From a virus (taxonomy: Duplodnaviria > Caudoviricetes), in the IMG/VR virus record IMGVR_UViG_3300035499_000517, positions 64,001-128,000 of that record: DNA of 64,000 nt, one strand, 5' to 3'. Under the pieces are notes generated by a model. That model was given only the letters and a program-made list of their open reading frames with translations. It was not told the origin of the DNA and made no database searches. The first letter of the stretch is position 1. The number at the start of each line of letters is the position of its first letter. Both the position numbers and the translations under genes were made by a program. Below, in pieces: positions 58,603 to 64,000 of the stretch.

Positions 58603-58621
58603 TTTCATTTATATAATATCT
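58603..58621 (+). promoter_or_regulatory. Putative early promoter motif heading the DUF4116/array operon
   Basis: TTTCATTTATATAATATCT. Confidence 0.75.
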
Positions 58622-59116
58622 ATATAGATACATGAGAAAGGATATGTACTGAAAGGAGGGCATTTTGATATTCTCGTATCAACCACGTCCGGTTGTGGCT
58701 GAATTCTACATGAAATAATTCCATGTATTGTGGCTAGTATATGGATAGTTTTGTGAATGGATTCATTTGTTACTCGTGAACCTGATTGATAGTATTATAA
58801 TTACCTTGATTTTTATATACTTGATTTTGATGATTTGTGAATGTAAAAACAAAGTGTTTTGGCAATGGGCACTTTATGACAATCGTGACATTCTAAAGCG
58901 TGGCAGCAACGTCGTTAAAATGGTATATGAAAAGCATGAGAAATTTATAATAATATCAATTCAGAGACATTTAATTAAGGAGGTTTAAGATTTCCTCTCT
59001 AACCTTCTCGTATTCTTTTAGTTTAGATAAAATTTAAATGGTGAAGACTGGCCTATGTAATTGATCGGAAAATGGTTGGTCTTCACCATTTACTGTCACT
59101 TTAGGAGGAAAAAAAT

Positions 59117-60067
59117 ATGAGTTTATTTGAGACAGAGGCAGAAAGAGGTTGGCAATTAAGTTTTCGAATTAATAGTGAATTACTTAGTAAAATGGCACCA
59201 AGTGAACAGACTGAAGAAGTTTGTATCATGGCAGTAGAAAGAGATGCAGATAATTTAAAGTATGTAGTAGATCAAACAAGAACGGTTTGCTATGAAGCAA
59301 TTAGAAGAAACCCAGATACATTGCAGTATGTCTGGGATCAAACGGATGACATCTGCTTGCTTGCAGTTATGACAGATGGGTTGGTCCTTCGTTATGTACA
59401 AAATCAAACCGAAGAAATTTGTCTTGCTGCAGTGAAACAAAATCCGGAAGCAATCATCTATGTAAAATCTCAAACGTATCGTATCAAAGAAGCAGCGATA
59501 AAAAGAGATGGCATGATGCTTCGATATATAACCCTTCCAACGGAGTACTTCTATGAGCTGGCATTGAAGCAGAATCCGAATGCAATCATTTTCATCAAAG
59601 ATCCAACGGATGAACAAGTTGATTATGTATTAGAGCAGAATCCGGGATTAATCTCTGTTGTGGAGCAGACTGAAGAAAGGAGGTCAAAAGTTTTAGAGAA
59701 TTGCCCAGCATGTATTCAATATATTCATGAACCATCAACAAACGAATGCATTCATGTCGTTTCAACGGATGGGTTATGCTTACCAAATATCACACAGAAA
59801 TATCGGACAAAATCAATATACTTTTATGCTGTAAAAGAAAATCCAGAAGCATTGGATTATGTCGTAGCAGATCATCCAGACGACGATATCATTTTTACTT
59901 GTGGAGTAGAGGCTTGTGAAATCGGAGGACTGAAATATTTATTCCGTCTTAAGAATAACAAGTTTCGAGTATTCAGGGAGATAATGAGAAATCGTAGACA
60001 TCGTCTTTTTAGAAGGGTTGAAGATAAGGTCGATGATTTCTTCAATTGGTTTTTCGGACCTCGCTAA
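59117..60067 (+). CDS. DUF4116-like helical repeat protein
   Basis: About ten 22-aa repeats of type QTEEICLAAVKQNPEAIIYVK; SD AGGAGG. Confidence 0.82.
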   Translation: MSLFETEAERGWQLSFRINSELLSKMAPSEQTEEVCIMAVERDADNLKYVVDQTRTVCYEAIRRNPDTLQYVWDQTDDICLLAVMTDGLVLRYVQNQTEEICLAAVKQNPEAIIYVKSQTYRIKEAAIKRDGMMLRYITLPTEYFYELALKQNPNAIIFIKDPTDEQVDYVLEQNPGLISVVEQTEERRSKVLENCPACIQYIHEPSTNECIHVVSTDGLCLPNITQKYRTKSIYFYAVKENPEALDYVVADHPDDDIIFTCGVEACEIGGLKYLFRLKNNKFRVFREIMRNRRHRLFRRVEDKVDDFFNWFFGPR

Positions 60068-60617
60068 GGATAAGTTGAGTCTGTCGAGGTGATGTAGTGG
60101 TATAGACTGGTAATGCTTAGTGACGTGATGTTTTGTTGCGTGGCGTAATGGTATAGTGCATTGACGTAATGGTATAGTGAAGATGGTACAGTGCTGTGAT
60201 GTATTGGCGTAGTTGATCTATGTGGCGTGCAGTGAAGTATTGGTGTTGTTTAGTGAGGAATGCTCAGATATGCAATTGGTAGTCTGATGCTCAGTTCAGT
60301 GTTGCCAGGTGAAGTGTTGGTATCGTTTAGTGATGAGGGTTGTGCTCTGGAGAGGTATAGAAAAGTAGAGTTATCTTAAGTAATGGTGTAGTTTGGTGAC
60401 GCTAGTTTTGTAACGTAAAGGTAGGGTAGAGTAGAACACTGTTCTGTTCCGTGTCGGTGAAGTGAAGTTTCGTACTGTGGAGCAACGTTTCGCATAGGTA
60501 AGGTAAAGTATCTCATATTTGTGTTCAGCATAGGTGAAGTAAAGTGGTGAAAGGAATGTGTAGTATGGGTATTGTTTAGTGACGCAAATTGTCGATATGT
60601 TTTGTTTTGGCAGAGTA
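60068..60617 (+). repeat. Non-coding 5-nt-period xG(T/C)-NN array 1 (candidate guide-RNA array)
   Basis: GT every 5 nt with variable triplets between; GTAATGGT-like junctions at 60145, 60166, 60201, 60237, 60380, 60415, 60451, 60492, 60528, 60563, 60604; no ORF >=60 aa. Confidence 0.85.
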
Positions 60618-60674
60618 TTAAGAGATATCTAATTTTGGAGCTTATTGATTTTATTGTGAAGAAAGGAGTGTGAA

Positions 60675-60896
60675 ATGGAAGTAAAGATTACATCAGAAAA
60701 AGATATTGTATTTAACACCGAGGAATTACCAAAAGTCAAAGAAGAGCTAAATGAAATAGCAAATAAACTTGACGCTTTACAAGAACGTGATTTCTTCCAA
60801 GATAATGAAAATACCTTCATGAAAATCTTGGGAGATGCAATCACGTCCATTGATGATTTACTCGATGATATCGAAACCCTGGAATCTCAGATCTAA
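60675..60896 (+). CDS. Small acidic helical protein between the arrays
   Basis: SD AAGGAG; 73 aa; DAITSIDDLLDDIETLE. Confidence 0.75.
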   Translation: MEVKITSEKDIVFNTEELPKVKEELNEIANKLDALQERDFFQDNENTFMKILGDAITSIDDLLDDIETLESQI

Positions 60897-61713
60897 GCAA
60901 AGGTTTTCCATAGTGTAGTCCGCTTTTGTACTGGTATGGTCCAGTAAAGAGGGAAATGTGACGTTCAGTACGGGCGTGGTCACGTGAGGTACTGTATGGC
61001 TTTGTGCCGTAAAGGTGAGGTAAAGCAAGTCATTGTATAGTTAAGGAGATGTAAGGCTTGGAACAGTAGCGATTGGTTGGGTATCGTAATGGTATTGTCA
61101 GGTAGTGTGGTGGCATAGCCGAGTGGCGTAGTGTTTTGTGTTGATATGGTTATCTGGCGTGCTGTATGGTTGTGTGACGATTGTTGAGTATTTTAGAAAA
61201 TCTTTAGTTGGTGTTGTAATGATAACGCCAGACATCGGATGGTAAAGTTTCGTGATGGTATATTATAGTGGGGTCCTGCGTGGTATAGGAATAGCTTGGA
61301 ATAGTAGGGTTGGGTCTAGTAGAGTAACGGTGTGACTAGGATATGAACAGTGATGTATCGTTACGGAGAGGCTAGGTTAAGAACCGTGATGTACCAGAAT
61401 AGTTTAGTCTAGTAGAGCATGGTGTAGTTATGGTGCAGTTACGCTCCGAAATGTGAGGTAACGGTACAGTGAGGAAATGCTACGCATGGGTGTAGTGCTA
61501 TTACGTAGCGTATTGGTATAGTTGCATATAGATATGTGCTGTGATGGTATGGACCAGTGTCGTTAGTAAAGTATTGCAATGGTATATTGAGGAAGGGTTA
61601 AGTATAGGTAGGGTTACGAACAGTTAAGAATAGTTGTGGTGAGGACTGGTTAACCATAGTAACGAACCGGTTTGGTTGCGTGGGTTAAAGTATACTCAGG
61701 TAATGGTAAAGTA
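60897..61713 (+). repeat. Non-coding 5-nt-period xG(T/C)-NN array 2 (candidate guide-RNA array)
   Basis: Same grammar; junctions at 60897, 60928, 60968, 61009, 61086, 61458, 61484, 61510, 61541, 61576, 61602, 61633, 61700. Confidence 0.85.
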
Positions 61714-61768
61714 TTTTAAAATTTCTAATATTGGTGAAAGTAATTAAAGACACGAAAGGAAGTATTAA

Positions 61769-62050
61769 ATGGAAGAGAAATTAAGAAACAACACAAATTC
61801 CCTCTATGAAGTAACAGAGACGATAACTGGAGTGGATTCTCTGCTGAGTTATCTGAGGAGTATCTCAGACACAGAGACACTGAATGCAAGTACAAAGATT
61901 TCTCATTATACAGCAAATGCAATTACTGATCTTGAGAATTTGAAATCTGAGCTGGAGTCTCTTAGAAGATATAAGATTGTAGAGCGAAGGGAAGCAGCAA
62001 TCGGGATTTATCCATCAGATGCTCTTGCTAAAAGTTCTAACGTAGTGTGA
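61769..62050 (+). CDS. Small helical protein after array 2
   Basis: SD AAGGA; 93 aa; NAITDLENLKSELESLR. Confidence 0.72.
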   Translation: MEEKLRNNTNSLYEVTETITGVDSLLSYLRSISDTETLNASTKISHYTANAITDLENLKSELESLRRYKIVERREAAIGIYPSDALAKSSNVV

Positions 62051-62060
62051 ACGAGAAAAT

Positions 62061-62100
62061 AAGGAGAGGATGAACACAACCATTCATCCTCTCTTTTTTT
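62061..62100. terminator. Intrinsic terminator closing the array operon (probably bidirectional)
   Basis: GAGAGGATGAA/TTCATCCTCTC + T-run. Confidence 0.8.
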
Positions 62101-63340
62101 ATCCTTCGTATCCAGCCGGATACATAACACTGATGTCATAATTGACTTCCTGAAGTTTCTTTGCTAATGCAATCTTTCTGAGATTGTAAAGCTCTTTGAT
62201 TACATAAACAAGATACTCCTCACTGTGTGGAACCTTTAATTTTTTTGCAAACTTTGGGTTCCTGATGGTATCCAGATAGTATTGAGCCAGCTCAATCTTG
62301 CTGTTAATGTAAGAGACAATCATCATCTTATCATTCACAGTCTTCATATCACTGATTTTAATCCGGATATAATCCAACTGATTTCTATCAATTGGTTTCA
62401 TTGTCTTTGTTCCACCGATCTCTTCATAGTATGCATCGTGAGCAATCTTAGAAGCAAGATCTGCGATGTATGCACTTCTTCTCTCACTGTCATTTTCTCC
62501 AGCTGCATCCATAAAGAACATCTTGTAACTTTCATCAGCAGATTCAAATACATAAGAAGCACTCGGAACCCTCTTCTTTAAATCAAGAAGATTCTTCTTT
62601 GCAAGAGCTGTCTTTCTCTTGCTGAGCTGATCAAATACTTCATTTGTATAATTGACAGCAGAACCAAGCTCATCTACAGGACTTGTTAACTGCTTTCTGT
62701 TTTTCAGGTACTGCTCGATCTTTCCCATTGCTGTCACAAGTTGTCCAGCATAGCCATTTCTTGCAGCCATATTATCGGCTTTGATTTCTTTTCTTACGCC
62801 ATTCTTATCATAAGAGAACTGGCAAGCAACAACAACCGGTAAGGAAACCAGTTTGGTAAATGGCTTATTTGTCATCATTGCTTTCTGAGCAAGTGGACTT
62901 GTTGTAAGAGAGAACTGAACGATCTCATGGAGTTTTGTCGGAACGGAATCTCCATCAATCATATGTCCAATCTCATGTAACGTCAGAGCAGTTAACTCTT
63001 CTGCTGTTAAGATACTAAGAAGTCCAGTATCAATATCCAGTCTCCAAGAAGCAGCTCGCTTCCAGATTTCACGAATGGTATCAATAGTACTATCCTGATT
63101 AATGACTGCTTCCGTAATCTTTTCAATGGTAGATTTGTCCGGCGTAATCGCCATTCCAAAGAAGTTATTATCTAAAACAGGCTTAATCAAGCGTACTGAT
63201 ATTTTCTTTCCTGTTGCTTTCACGATTGCAGTCTGAAGTGCTGCAGAAGCAGTATCTAATGCATGAAGATTCTTTTCATCTGCATGGGCAATCAGATTGC
63301 TAAAAGCTTCAGTAATTTCAGTCGTTGAAATTTGACTCAT
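62099..63340 (-). CDS. Zincin (HEXXH) metallopeptidase-like protein, probably virion-associated
   Basis: LTAEELTALTLHEIGH and downstream EIKADNMAARNGY (M48-like); VFES, YYEE motifs. Confidence 0.72.
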   Translation of the reverse strand: MSQISTTEITEAFSNLIAHADEKNLHALDTASAALQTAIVKATGKKISVRLIKPVLDNNFFGMAITPDKSTIEKITEAVINQDSTIDTIREIWKRAASWRLDIDTGLLSILTAEELTALTLHEIGHMIDGDSVPTKLHEIVQFSLTTSPLAQKAMMTNKPFTKLVSLPVVVACQFSYDKNGVRKEIKADNMAARNGYAGQLVTAMGKIEQYLKNRKQLTSPVDELGSAVNYTNEVFDQLSKRKTALAKKNLLDLKKRVPSASYVFESADESYKMFFMDAAGENDSERRSAYIADLASKIAHDAYYEEIGGTKTMKPIDRNQLDYIRIKISDMKTVNDKMMIVSYINSKIELAQYYLDTIRNPKFAKKLKVPHSEEYLVYVIKELYNLRKIALAKKLQEVNYDISVMYPAGYEG

Positions 63341-63355
63341 AGTTTCTCACCTTCT

Positions 63356-63943
63356 TTAATAATAAAATATATAAGATGCCATCGGATCTTTCTTAAACTG
63401 TAAGAGTGTGTATTCACGTTCCTCACGGTTTGATCCGGATTGGCGAATTGCATAGAGATTTCCAGGAACAGGTCTTCCACCTATTTCAATCTGGAATAAC
63501 GCATAAAGATGCTCTTCGTATTTAATGATGAAATAAGAATGTGATGTCTTATCCGGAAGGACAAGAGGATGATCCTTATTAAACTCTGCCAAATACATGG
63601 TAAGAAGTTCTTCATCAATATCCGGACTAATCCGGAGTGTATCTCGTTTGATGTTTGTCTTTCGACAAATTGCATCAATGATTAAGCTATCTTCCTGATT
63701 CTCCAGCTGCATAATGAGCTCTTTAATCTCTTTATATTCAAGCATCTGACTCATTGTAAAAGGATCGCGCTCAATATGATTTTGAACTGGTGTGATTGCA
63801 GTCCGTACGATATTCTTTGAAGAATGAATACATGAAAGATCATGCTCAGCTATCGTTTCCTGCACCAGTTTATTGGTAAACCAGCTGTATGCTTGTAAAT
63901 AGATTTCATGGAGGAATTTATCATCTCCATAAATATAACGCAA
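63356..63943 (-). CDS. Hypothetical protein (true start may be at or beyond window edge)
   Basis: 195 aa ORF co-oriented with the zincin gene. Confidence 0.6.
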   Translation of the reverse strand: MRYIYGDDKFLHEIYLQAYSWFTNKLVQETIAEHDLSCIHSSKNIVRTAITPVQNHIERDPFTMSQMLEYKEIKELIMQLENQEDSLIIDAICRKTNIKRDTLRISPDIDEELLTMYLAEFNKDHPLVLPDKTSHSYFIIKYEEHLYALFQIEIGGRPVPGNLYAIRQSGSNREEREYTLLQFKKDPMASYIFYY

Positions 63944-64000
63944 TCTCTTAAAGAGATACTGCTCATAGATGATAGCTGGTCCATATCCATCCTCAGAAAG

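Noticed and set aside
58767-58988. 73-aa ORF upstream of the DUF4116 gene
   Set aside because: TTG start without SD and low-complexity hydrophobic composition; not supportable as a gene, though not excluded.
60068-61713. CRISPR array
   Set aside because: No identical 23-47-nt direct repeats with unique spacers and no cas genes; conservation is at dinucleotide level with period 5.
60068-61713. Protein coding via recoded stops or a triplet-plus-2-nt-spacer code
   Set aside because: Period 5 is not codon-like; TAA and TGA occur among the intervening triplets; the rest of the window uses all three stop codons normally.
60068-61713. Telomere-like repeat, G-quadruplex or simple microsatellite
   Set aside because: Few GGG runs, no dominant exact unit, internal location flush with genes. 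A replication-origin role cannot be excluded, but there are no AT-rich iterons.

Overview
This 64-kb window is part of a jumbo myophage genome of the phiKZ/AR9 (PBS1)-like type; strong AAGGAGG Shine-Dalgarno sites suggest a Firmicutes host (inference). It encodes two multisubunit RNA polymerase beta' subunits, both interrupted by group I introns in the catalytic DxDGD motif. One beta' gene can be spliced by hand into a single 1181-aa ORF across two introns. Also present are an NAD-dependent DNA ligase, a RecA/UvsX recombinase, tail sheath and tube, a family of paralogous head/inner-body-like proteins with [FY]xE-[SA] processing-like sites, an early ABC exporter and several accessory paralog families. 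Plus-strand blocks follow an 11-copy motif TTT(C/T)A(C/T)TTATATA(T/A)TAT(C/T)T (putative early promoter); virion blocks follow AR9-like AACA-N6-TA late promoters. The most unusual signal is two non-coding tracts (60068-60617, 60897-61713) built from 5-nt-period xG(T/C)-NN motifs. These are punctuated by a +1 nt junction (GTAATGGT-like) into units mostly 5n+1 nt long (21-41 nt), and each tract is followed by a small helical ORF. They resemble a non-contiguous guide-RNA array (VIPR-like), but no Cas7-like effector is visible in the window. No tRNA, rRNA or CRISPR array was seen. All calls come from reading the sequence; no database searches were run.
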